64,000 bases of DNA from Antedon mediterranea (taxonomy: Eukaryota > Animalia > Echinodermata): contig NC_092670.1 of assembly GCF_964355755.1 (NCBI RefSeq), forward strand, positions 16,602,795 through 16,666,794, given 5' to 3'. This document shows positions 14,150-26,600 of this stretch, in pieces. Below the pieces are notes generated by a model. The model was not told where the DNA came from, did not search any database, and saw only the letters and a program-made list of their open reading frames with translations. A program made the position numbers and the translations under genes. Numbering within the stretch: the first letter of the stretch is position 1; every line of letters starts with the position of its first letter.

Positions 14150-17100
14150 TTAGTGCTCTATTAAATTTCCTTGACTATCCATATCATCATTCCTTTGTGC
14201 GAATAGCTTCCTCCCATTTACTTTTGCTTTCTTTTCATTCTCATCGCCTACAGGTGTACATATGTTTTCTTTGTTATGTTCGGACAGTGGCAAATTAAAA
14301 CAATCTCGACACACGGCCATGTATTTATCGGCGCCACCAATGACTTCAACCTGTTTAGAAAAACGCATGTTTTAGTTGATTTGAAATAGCAGAGGCTGAG
14401 GGCCTATAATTATGCTAAACATAGAGTAACCTAATAATATTATTAATATTACTTACTGTTGTTTCTAATCCAATCCTTTTAGTATAAGAACCTTCTTGAT
14501 AACAATTCATACATACAGCATTTAACTTTATCACATTCTCGGCTAATGGTACCAAATTCAAGATCTCTCCAAAACCCTGCAAAATAATAATTGTATCTTT
14601 AAAATGCTTTGAATGATGGAGGTATATTACTCGGGCTAGTTCATAATGAATATATACAATAGAGGCTAGTCCATACGGAATACTCTATACATTAGGCCTA
14701 AAAAAAAAAATTGTTTGTTTGCTGTCAATTTTTTTTTTTTGGTAGGGGGGGCAGGTGGAAAAAAGTTAATTAATTATTTAGTTAATTTCTCTGTTAATTG
14801 CTCGCGAATTTGAGAGTAACAAAACACACTGAATAAAACAACGAGCTCAAACATCTATTCATAATTTGTTTCACACTTTAATTCTGTTTTGGGCGCATTA
14901 GGCCCCGTGTCTAAACTAGCCTAGGCTAGGCCTACTACTACACAGTAGGTCGTTGTTAGCAGGCCTAATTAAATATTTTAATTTTTAGAAGTTAGTGTAC
15001 CGTATATTTCGGTGTATAAGTCGCACCTGTGTATAATAAGACGCACCCGACCCCTAACTGAGAGTAAAATATCGGTATTTTGTATATCGTCGATGTATAA
15101 GACGGCCGCGCCCAGCCTCAACAAGAAGGGAAGTCCCCCATATTCCGTCAGTTCTTTCTAACTTGTTATGAATGAGTTTCGCACCCGCAACATCGAGTGC
15201 ATGACACGTGTGTGTGGGCTAGCCTCGCTCGATCCTTTTATCGAGAGGCGCACGTTTTCACGGACAATCGTATTCGATTAGTATCTATGTATCCTAGAAG
15301 TGTGTACGCTAGGTCTATGCTATAATCAACTGGAGAATATACTAGTCGAATACTGTGTACACAATGTGGTTGCCAAGAAGGGCTCGCTCGCGCTGGGGGT
15401 ACGACGGTCGTGCGTATAACTATAATACTATTCCAATCGTAAACGTCGTTTTAAAATGAAATTTTATCGGAGCGCCTAAAACAGCTCCATAATGAACAAA
15501 TCTTTTCATCATATTTAGTACAAAATCACGCTAAAATGCCTTGAAAACTAGCAGGTTGCTGTTACGCTAGTACACGTAGCTAGGCTAGGCCTACTCTTTA
15601 GACTTAATAGTAATACTAATAGGCCTAGGCCTTACCTTAAAAAGCCCAGGCCTAGCCAACGAGGTTGCAATATCTGTGTGTTGAGGCATTTATGTTCGGT
15701 GTATAAGACGCACCCTTAATTTAGAGGTTAAATTTGCGTGTCAAAAGTGCGATTATACACCGAAATATACGCTACGTTATTATTTTATTGTTTCATCCTC
15801 GCACACTCGATTTTTACACCTTTTCGGCCAAAAAAAATCATTAAAAAAACTTTTTTTTTAAAGCGCCCTCAACGTAAAAAAAAAACTTTTTCTTATTTCC
15901 GCCCCAAATTTTTGGCGAAATTAGGGGCGGCGGATGACAGCAAACAAACTATTTTTTTTTTTTGGCCTTATAGAATATGCTTGGTTAATATACAAATAAA
16001 TGAGTGGAATGTATCAAATATTTTTCAATGAATAAAAATATTCTAAATCTATTTGCCTAATAACATTCATTATTTGTTCTATACTGAATGTTAGGCCGTA
16101 GACCCATCCAAATACGGTGCCCAGAATTTGGCTGCGGAGTATAGTTAAGTGCACTAGAAGCCACCAGCCTCGCATTGTACAACAATTCTTCTAATCGTGC
16201 AAACAAACCTGAATATGAGGATGGATCCAAATAATGCATGACACATATTCAAATGGCAAGGTTACACTTGTGTGTATAATGTGTGTTATAATACTAAATT
16301 GAAGACGCCTTTATCTTATTATCTTTGTAATGTATTATACCATATGGACAATTGTCTGAAATAAAAGTTGAATTGAATTGAAAATTATGTACCTTCCGTT
16401 GAAATGTTCCATCTAGTGCAGCAACTATTACAATTTTACCAAGATTTGCCATTTCTTCACAAAATTTTACACAATCTGTGAACTAATAAAAAATATTGAT
16501 TGATTGACAATATGAATTTTACAATGATTTATATGATAAGGATGATGTTTATGGAATAAAGGTGGCCATAAAGTATGGAACACCCAAAACTAAGCCAGGA
16601 TAAATATGATATTGATAAAAAGATGATAATTTTTTGAAATGTTATGCAACAGGATTTTCATAAAAACTTACAAATTGTCCTTCGTCAATTCCTATGACAT
16701 CAAAACTTGCAGCTTGAGCTAATAACGAATACAGCCTGTCTGCTGCCACAGCTGGACAAGTATGCCTGAAATCAAAAGATTAACCAGAGATTATACACAT
16801 GTCATAATTTCACATTCTGCATACAATTTTCATAATACAAAAATTGTTTTTGGAGCTTTGTTTTAATCCGGTGACTATTCATAGTTGATGGCCGCCAATG
16901 AAATCGGGAACATTATTTTTATTGAGTGGAAGAGCTACAATCAGTGTATTTATAAGTTAGGTTGATTATTTATAGGGTTACTGTACATCAATTATTTAGG
17001 GGTTAGGTCAAATATTTAGGGGTTACATCAATTATTTAGGGGTTAGGTCAAATATTTAGGGGTTACATCAATTATTTAGGGGTTAGGTCAAATATTTAGG

Positions 17101-18224
17101 GGTTACATCAATTATTTAGGGGTTAGGTCAAATATTTAGGGGTTACATCAATTATTTAGGGGTTAGGTCAAATATTTAGGGGTTACATCAATTATTTAGG
17201 GGTTAGGTCAAATATTTAGGGGTTACATCAATTATTTAGGGGTTAGTTCAAATATTTAGGGGTTAGATCAATTATTTAGGGGTACGGTTACATCGATTAT
17301 ATAGGAGTTTTAAGCTGATTATTTAGTGATTAGGTAGATATATTGGCTTCTAAAATTACATGGCCGATTTTGAGTATGTATGTAATCCATTTAGTGTGGT
17401 ACTTGCCTGTCGTGAGTTGATATATTTTCTGAGCTGTATCTATCATCTTTGATATATTTAATGAGAAGGCAACTATGATTTGCTATTTGATATCTTTTGA
17501 TTCTTCTTACTAATTCAGTTCTATAAAAAAAATGTAAATTATTATAAAGGAATGTTGCCAATATGAATAGTAGTAGGAAAGATACATTACGCATACATTC
17601 TGACATTTAAAAATTAGTAACTTGTTTAATAGTAACATTTCTACTATTACAGTATGAGTATGACATCATCATTGACAATGACATGCATGGACATTTTTTA
17701 AATTTATCAAATATAATTATGTACTTACGTTTTACCAGAAAACATCGGTCCAAATATTACCTACAAAAAAATAAAAGCTTTTGTCTTTATTTTGAAAATT
17801 AAATATAAAATTCAGGCCTAAAATAAAAGTAAAACTCTGGACTGGAGGCCCAAGTTTAGTGTGATGCAGTTTTCCGGCTTTATTGGAGTATAATGACTAT
17901 AATGATCCAGATAATAAAATTGGTCAAGTTAGCTAAGCCTACCTAGCCTAGGCTAGAACCTTGCTAGATAGGCCTAGGCTATTCATTGGGAGGGATTTCT
18001 GGGCCCTCGCCAGGCTAACCTAAAGCCTCCTGCCTATGCCTAGTTAGGCCTACTTTTTTAGGTCCGGCCGTATCCTATTCATTACTAGGCCAGGCCGTCT
18101 GTGACTGACACCACTAGACAGCAGTTTGACTCACCTGTATTTGTCCTCTTTTCCTAGGCTTACTACTATGTGATTGGGATAATGTAATATTCATTGGAGT
18201 AGACACTGATCCGGTGAAATCCAT
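14150..18224 (-). CDS. TK1: Cytosolic thymidine kinase 1
   Basis: Exons 18224-18135, 17760-17729, 17520-17407 (GC donor), 16765-16672, 16482-16393, 14576-14457, 14350-14150. Motifs: P-loop [32 protein letters not shown], Zn cysteines CMNC and [14 protein letters not shown], and a C-terminal KEN box (HNKENI). Confidence 0.97.
14692..15970. mobile_element. TIR element in TK1 intron 5 that hosts a nested transposon
   Basis: TAGGCCTA(A)nTTGTTTGTTTGCTGTCA at left; TGACAGCAAACAAACTA(T)nGGCCTTA at right. No clear target-site duplication. Confidence 0.7.
15000..15772. mobile_element. Tc1/mariner-pogo-type non-autonomous element (CCGTA termini, TA duplication)
   Basis: TA|CCGTATATTTCGGTGTATAAGTCGCAC...GTGCGATTATACACCGAAATATACGC|TA, with internal GTATAAGACGCACC subrepeats. 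Confidence 0.8.
16972..17285. repeat. 40-bp tandem repeat (20+20 dimer) containing TTTAGGGGTTA, about 7.5 units
   Basis: Unit TTACATCAATTATTTAGGGGTTAGGTCAAATATTTAGGGG in TK1 intron 3. Confidence 0.95.
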
Positions 18225-18319
18225 AATTTAATGCAAAAAAACACAATTAGGAACAGCAAAAACCACCTAGATGTAGCTTAGGCCTAGGCTATATATGTAC
18301 AACAACAAAGATAATCAGT

Positions 18320-18500
18320 CAGTTCCCACCAATTTGATCGGCGCTAAATTGTTCAATTTGGCGCGACTATACCGCCAATAAGGGGACCAATGAATGCAAA
18401 GACAGTCACTGTGTTTTGCATTCATTGGAGGGTTTTAGTAAAGTGGGAGGGTCACACTGCCGCAAGTCATTCAACCGTAAATGGTGGAGCCAATCAAAAT
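18320..18500 (-). promoter_or_regulatory. Putative cell-cycle-type TK1 promoter (E2F-like sites plus CCAAT boxes)
   Basis: TTTGGCGCG at about 18357-18365, GGCGCTAAA near 18340, and CCAAT/ATTGG at about 18329, 18375, 18424 and 18490, all 100-270 bp upstream of the TK1 ATG. Confidence 0.55.
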
Positions 18501-19528
18501 GTGCTAAATAAGCTAGTACACATACAATACCCAAAACCCCACTCACTGTTCACACTCTTATCATCATCATTTATATTATAGCAAATGTACATTTAAAACA
18601 AATATTCATCATTCACATCCAAAATTGCTTACATAATGGTGTACATTATTATGCACTAAATGACTAACAATTACAAAATGTAACAATAATACGAGGTATT
18701 TTCAGCGGTTACCCAACACATTTAATAGTGTGCTTGTTACTTGTTTGGATATTGATGTATTTTATGATAGTTTAAATGTATTTAAGGGTAAAATTGTTAA
18801 ATCTCTATAATGTTCCAATCTTTGTTTATGTTATTGTTGCTTATTTGAATTTATTGTTATAGTTTATTATGTTTAGATTCAACCTGTTAGTGGCGGTTTC
18901 ATCGCTGTTGGTTGTGAAATAAATAAAATAAATAATTATTTTGAAAAGAACATTTTGGTTGTTTTTTTTTTCGGACATTTTATTCAATAATCTAGTACAT
19001 TTCAACTTATAATAAATTGAACAGAATATCATTACTCCATCACCATCATCACAAATTACATAATCATTTAAATAATATTAATATCATTATGGCAATTGCA
19101 AAAACATTATATATTAAAAAATAATAGAGAATACAGGTTATACATAAGATGTGGTGAAAACACATTCCTCAAGACCACCATTTAAGCTTGGTTCCCACTT
19201 GTAAGTAATTTGACCTATCATTTTGTGATTGGCCAATTCACTTAGTTCACATGTCATTGTGTTGCATCCACGTGGGAACCAAGCTTTACTTAAGACCACT
19301 TTTTAGTAGTTATATAGTTAATATGAAAGGACTGATCATAACATGATAACATAGGAAAACCATGTTGATAATTAGTTAATGACTTGATAAATGGGTTTAT
19401 TTCTGTTGTAATTTACCATCATTCATTCAAAGGATATAGAATAGTGAGTTTACGAAACTGTATGGCATGAGGACAAAGATGGTGTTGAACATTTAAACTA
19501 GCACCTTCAAGTGTCAGTTACCTTTATT

Positions 19529-19656
19529 AAGCTCTGTCTACACTATCAAACTTTATGCAACAAAAAAAAGTGATTTCCCCATATATGGACATGATGATGT
19601 CATCACATCACTACCATATTTGGGCACATCACAGTTTGATAGTGTAGACAGAGCTT
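19529..19656. mobile_element. Family A MITE copy
   Basis: AAGCTCTGTCTACACTATCAAAC...GTTTGATAGTGTAGACAGAGCTT. Confidence 0.9.
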
Positions 19657-20028
19657 TACACATTCGTCATCAAGTCTGTAACTAGGATTTCATAGGGGCA
19701 AAGAGGAATTAGGGTCACAAATATGGGGATCAGGGATTTGAGGAGTCATCAAGAGCTAGATTAGTTAAGGCTTATTTTCTAGCAATTTTTATGCTGGTTT
19801 GAAAAGGGAAATTCAGGAACAAAGGGGAAGTTTTCGTTTCGTAAACTCATTAATATAACACCATAAAATAATATATCAGGTTTTATCCAAAAATATTCTA
19901 TGCTTATTCCACATTAGAAATCAATTTTCTCTATAAAAACAAATCAATAATTACCTTTTAAAGTATTACAACATTTCATGTCACATGATTTGTACATAAT
20001 GTAGTCAAAATATTATTTTAATTGTTAA

Positions 20029-20578
20029 AGATGTATTGTCCCTTGAAACACAAAAAAATGAAGGTCAAAATATTCTAAATTTAAAGTGGCCATATCAAAG
20101 TAATATTAAAGTTATTCACTTTAAGTCGAAAATTTGAGCCAAAAACAACAAGTTTACGTAATTAACAGGTAAATTAGTTTGATTACATTTCATCTGGAAA
20201 ATCGTCACGAGCGAAAGTAAACAAAGATTTCAAACCATGAGTATGCATTATGTATATGCTAAATTAGGATTGTTTAAAACTCGTCACGGTTAAGAAGGTA
20301 TTTTCACACAGATCATGAGGAAGTTTTATGATTATGCATACAGAGTAGCCAAACAAGCGCGTTTCATTATGGGATATGTTTTGATTGAAAACTTTGACTG
20401 GAAGTCAAAGTTATTTTTTAAACAAAAAAACGTCTGTATTTCAGTGAAATTTTTTTTTTTTATTCGAAAATTTTTTGGTGATAGTTAATAACTATTATGA
20501 TACTTCAAAATGACCCACCTTTTTTCGAATTCTTTAATTTTTTATTTTTTTGGAATTAGTCAAAGGGACAATACATCT
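20029..20578. mobile_element. Second copy of the Kolobok-like element
   Basis: TTAA|AGATGTATTGTCCC...GGGACAATACATCT|ATAA; colinear with 11943-12484. Confidence 0.82.
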
Positions 20579-21108
20579 ATAACTTATATAAAGATTATTT
20601 TAAATAAAACAACTTTTAATATTTACATTTAAACACAAAGTCAAAGAAGGGTTGAACATTTAAAATAACACCTGGTTCTCTTTACTGTATTATATGGCAT
20701 TATATGACCAGTATCATAGGATAAATTCTGTAATACAGCATCACATGTGGCACCTGCGTGTTATGTTAATGTTAAGTAGGGCTTATAGCCTATAATACAG
20801 GGAACACATGTGACATTATGTGACACCCTATTATAGAATTGTAAAAACCATTTTTAAATAAGATACTAAACAGGCAAATACCCACCCACACCCAACCCTG
20901 AATTACATTACTGGCACGTAACATAAATATTATAGGAATACTAATATGCTCTGATAACCTATAGATGGCTTATGATGAATACATACTCCTGTTTATTTGA
21001 CTTTCAATCACACACCTCTATTAATGAACCATGGAAACAATTCCTACTGCAGTTACTGCAGCACACTTATTAGTTTAAACAATACTTACATTGCCAGTAA
21101 GGGTTGTA

Positions 21109-21269
21109 AAGCTCTGTCTACACTACCAAACTAGTTTGACAAAAAAAAAGATGTGCCCAAATATGGAAGTGATATGCCCAGATATGGTAGTAATATGACA
21201 TCATCATGTCCATATATGGGCACATCATATTTTTTTGTCACATAAAGTTTGATAGTGTAGACAAAGCTT
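21109..21269. mobile_element. Family A MITE copy (opposite internal orientation)
   Basis: Same TIRs; internal CATCATGTCCATATATGGGCAC. Confidence 0.9.
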
Positions 21270-23655
21270 TAGCGTATACAAATATTATTTCACTTGCTTC
21301 CATGGTAATCAAATCAAAGTATGTTAATATTTATTTGAAAATATGACACAATAATTCCATACAACAAATTTGAATGGCATACATAACTAACAATGAGCGT
21401 CATGAAATATCTAGATACAACAAATATAAGTTTAGTGAATATATATACAATCAACTAATTTAAATCTAGAAAATTACTAGTCAACTTTCTTGGAACCATA
21501 AAATTAGAAATTCCCCCAAAACCAACATTTTCCTACGGTCCAATATTCTTCCATATTTAACATGCATTCGGGGAAAGAAAACTCTTTTGGGCCAGCCCAA
21601 TGGTGTCCGAGTTTGGGAGAGTTGACTGCATTACTTTTTACAACCATTGATATTACCTGTGTACTGAGATGTTTAAACCCATCCCCTATCCTAACACAAT
21701 GTCACCAATACATACTTTTAGTGGGTAATCAAGGGATTGCCTAGGACGTTTTAGCAATTATTTGTTTCTCCTGGACAAACCTAATTTTTACAAATTGGCT
21801 TAAATTTCAAAATATACTATGGCAATTTTGTTCATAATTTGGAGAAATTTACATAGCATCTGCGACTTATATAACAAAATAGTTTTTCATCAAAGTCAGT
21901 AAATAGGTGTAAGGTTTTTATATAATGGGGGTATCATATCTTCACATTTATATTTCTACTAGTGCTAAGAACCACATGCTGTTTATAAAACCACTCTATC
22001 CACCATGTAAATTGCTGCTTTAAAAATCGCCTTAACTATATTTTAATTATGAAGAACTGCTGAATTGAAAAGTACCATGTAAGAAATTCTATAAACGATA
22101 TATACTGAAACAATCTATGGCACCATTGATATAGACAATCTCAAGGCATTTACTAGTCAACATTGAGTAAACTACAAATGGCACAACACACTGGAGGAAG
22201 TCACAAAACAAATGTGACAAAATTGAATTTACTGCACTGTGTAGTAACTTGTAGCTTTCTTGATGAATATCGTATGTACATTACTGTACTCATGGAGGTA
22301 TACACCATAATATACCTCCATGGTATACTGTACTGTAGTTACTAAACAGTTTACAATAACACATTGTTGGAGTTTTTTGTGTACAGTTTTGTACAGTTGT
22401 TTGACAAAAAAATTACTGCAGTATATATATTTGATGCAGAAATAACTGTGGACACGGGTAGGTACATACAGTACAAATCATAGACTTGTAGCCAAACAAC
22501 GGCAGAGAGAAGTATTGAGTGCATTGAAGGACTAAAAGACCACATCACAGGATGAGTATGACAAAATACAATCCTCTACTCGGAAGAATTTAGTATCATC
22601 TAAACTTGACATGCTTACAATAGCAAGCTTTTGTTTTGGGAGAGTAGACAAAGGAGGAATCTTTTAAGCACAGTTCATTATCATCGGGACTATATAGTGG
22701 TTGATTTAACATTCGTCCAGTCCTTTATCTAAAGTCCTAAAATAAACGCTTGCTATCATTACAGTACAATACTAAAGTAGATTGTTTATTATATTTTCAA
22801 CAAGACAAACCCTCTTGAAGATATATTTCTTTACCTCTTCCCCTTCCCAAAACTGGCTACAGTCCAGATTAACATTTAATACCAATTTAGCAGATACAAT
22901 ATCAAAAGTCTATCAAATTCATAGGTTTCACGTTGTTTTTAAAGTGACTGTTTTTTATACATTACTAGTACAATGTTTACCAACAATCTTGCTTGTACAA
23001 AAACTAAACAAGAATCTATTACTCACAGGTCGCACACTTTGTTTTTTTACATAGAGATACACACACCTCAATGCTGACAATGAATATCTTAATGTTTTAA
23101 TGCCTTGCTTACTGAGGATAAATTCAAATTCTGAAAACTCCAGGGCGAGAGTGTTAGGATGAGAGGAGATATATTTTTGTAGCATAGCTAAACTGAGAAA
23201 CTTGATATACAGTAATAACTGTTTTATATCATTTCTGGAGTATAAAAAATTACATTGTTAATCCCATGTGATTTTGTTACGTATAAGGGTAAACCAAGAA
23301 CACCTAATTAAACAGCTCCATTTCTCATATCAAACACAAATTGTTTTATCAAATGAATTACAGAAAACTCAAATAGTCTTAAACGCACATGATCATGCCA
23401 AATAATTCTACTGCAGTAATTATAATATAGTAATTGCAGTAATCAAACTACAACTACAACATTAAATATATTATTTGATTTACTTTGTAATTCAATTACT
23501 GCTAAAGATGTATAAATTAATCAAATTACTGCAGTAAAAAATGAATTTACTGATGTAGGACAATATTGACATGGGAAGCACACTTTTCAGTTTTCCATTC
23601 TAAATATTCTTCTCATTAGATAAACTATGTACATACTTAATTAATGCCAGAAGTA

Positions 23656-26600
23656 TCATGAAATAATACAGCTCTTCCGTTGTGAATAAGGGGGATCTGA
23701 AGGGTTGAGAATCGTGCGCCGTTTCTTCGAGCGCAGGTCGGTTTGCGGTAGCATGTACCGGTGCATGTGGTTAGCATCTGCGAATGACTTAAGACGTGAT
23801 CGCAGCGTTGGCGGTAAAGGTAATTTTTCCATAGCATAGGTACAAGTACAGTTCACTATTACTCGGCAACAGAAATCTTGCAGACTCAAAACTGAAAAAA
23901 AAAAGACAAAAGCAATTTTCTTAAGAATCAAATTAATAACTTTATTGCTGTACTAACTGTAAGTAAATGTTTATGATTACTAATAAATAATATAATAGAG
24001 AAACTTGAGGATTAATGATAAACAACATTTGTGGAAGAGGCAAAATAATCAATTACCAAATGTACAAAAGAGAATAGATGGTCAGATTTAAAGCCTGTTT
24101 TCCACTAGAAGTTGAATGATAACAACATTGTGCAAAAGGCAATAAAATCTACAGTATTACCAATTCTATAAATGGTCAGATTTAAAGCATGTTTTCCACT
24201 AGAAGATGAATGATGATAACATTGTGCAAAAGGCAAGATAATCTACAGTATTACCAAATCTACAGTATTACCAAATCTATATGGTCAGTTTTAAAGCATG
24301 TTTCCCACTAGAAGACGAATGATAACAACATTGTGCAAAAGGCAAGATAATCTACAGTATTAACAAATCTATAAATAGTCAGTTTTAAAGCTTGTTTTCC
24401 ACTAGGCCAATTTATTTACACAAATAAAAAGCATTAGCCTATGTGTGTGCATATTTGTATTATCATCTTCCAAATCCATTTCTGCAACAAATCTTAATCT
24501 ATTATAGCTTTTTTTCCTCAATGAGTAGTTTGAAAAGTTACTTTTTGCGAAGCCAATTGCGCAACCAACATGTTCGTGGGCACTCATGAAAATTAAAGAG
24601 CTCAACTGCATGATGAAAATAAAAATCATTGACAAATTTAATAAACAGGTAGCACTTAGGAATAGCACTTTAAAAATTGAACGATTGATTGATAGTGAGA
24701 ATGGGCCTAAGAAGTGATGATGATGATGATGAATGAAGCACAATCAAAATATTAAACTTTATGTGACAAAAAAATGTGATGTGCCGATACAGTATATGAA
24801 CATGATGCTGTCTTATCACTACCATATTTGGACATATCAGTACCATACTGTACATGGGCACATCACACTTTTTTTTTCAAACTAGTTTGATAGTGTAGAC
24901 AGAGCTTAACACTAATTAGACTTTTCTTTTACCTTTATTTGTTCTCCAGACCCGTTCCATTCCATTTCTTTTCAGAACAACTCTAGCTAACTCTGTCATC
25001 GATTCCAGAATGTTAAAATCGCACAGCGAACTCACTTCAAAAAATGCCATACCATTTTTTAAGGCGTACAGCTGAGCGTCAATCGTTGTAACTTGACGCT
25101 TGAACGCAAGGTGAAGACGGTTTCCTAATAGGATTTTCGGTACTCCAGGTGCATGCTTTAAAAATACATTAAACAAATTTTAAACACATACATAAATATT
25201 TTTGTTTTAATTTTTATTTTAATACATCCATTAGAAAGTAAGTCGTCAATTACATTTAAACTATATCATGTTTTATTTATAAGCTAAGTCTCATTTAGGG
25301 CTTAGGGAGTGGAATAGAACGAGTTGTATTAGTTCACGATTGGACCCTGGACCTTGGGATTGGAAGGTAATCATGTAACCCACCAAGATACTGCGCCATT
25401 AAATTAACCACCAAGCTACAGCTTCACCAGGGAATAATTCTGCCAATATTGCATCACAATCTCTATGCAATCTTCGAAGTAAATTGCATGTGTTTGCAGT
25501 ACAAAATTGCTAATCAAAATTTGTGTACGAAATTATTCCCTGTCCACTTTATTCAAATTTCTGATATTGTCTAAGACTGCAATGAACAACAAATTACTGC
25601 AGTAAATCAGACAATTACTGTACTGCAACATTAACCCTGATCGTCATGTCTATTTTACTTACTTCATCAATTTCTTTAAGCCACCTATCAATACCATCAA
25701 AGGACCACCTGTTTGTGATGTCATACACCACTAGGATTCCTTGGACACCTCTTGAGTAAGTACGAAGAATTGTGCAGAACCGTCCTTGTCCAGACGTATC
25801 CCTACAAAGACAATCACAATATTATTTAAATGTTATTTGGATGACTACTGTATAATATACTTCATTTATAAATATCAGTGTAATATATGACAAATACTAA
25901 TACTATTATTAATCAAAAAAGTACTATACCAAAAAAACATGAAATATCACTTTAAATCAAAGTTTACCATTTTTTGGTAAAAAATCTACAAAAACAATAA
26001 TTTCACTTATAAAAATAAAATAAACAGTTTAACTGTTTTTACAGTTTTAATTTTTAAACCAAAAACACATCTGTTTTTTTAGTTCAATAATGTTGAAAGT
26101 TTTTAAGATCAAATATACAGTACATTACAATAACCTAACAAAATTTATTTTTAAATAGTTTATTCAGGGCAACAATATCTTAAATATTAAAAATACAGTA
26201 TCATTTTACTATACTTTATTTACCTTTACAAACATATGGTTTACTGATATTTCTATATAAGGAATTTAATACATCCAGTTAAAGGCTTTAATAACTTCCT
26301 TTGAATAAGGCGGATGTGTTGAACTTTGTTACTCATAATATTTAGTAGAAATACTTTGACCAACTAAGATGTCTTAATATGAATATAACCTTTTAATATT
26401 AAAATCAGCTGATGAGTTGCTTCAAAGCCTTCATAGATGAATATAATTTTAGGGATCATGTCAAAATTTATTCTACTCCAGTTTATTATTACAGTACCGT
26501 AACTATATTTTGTTACTCCAATATACCGTACTGACGCGGGTATAAGCCCACCCCCCTTGAACATGAAATCACGCCAAGTTTGGGGGGTGGGCTTATACCC

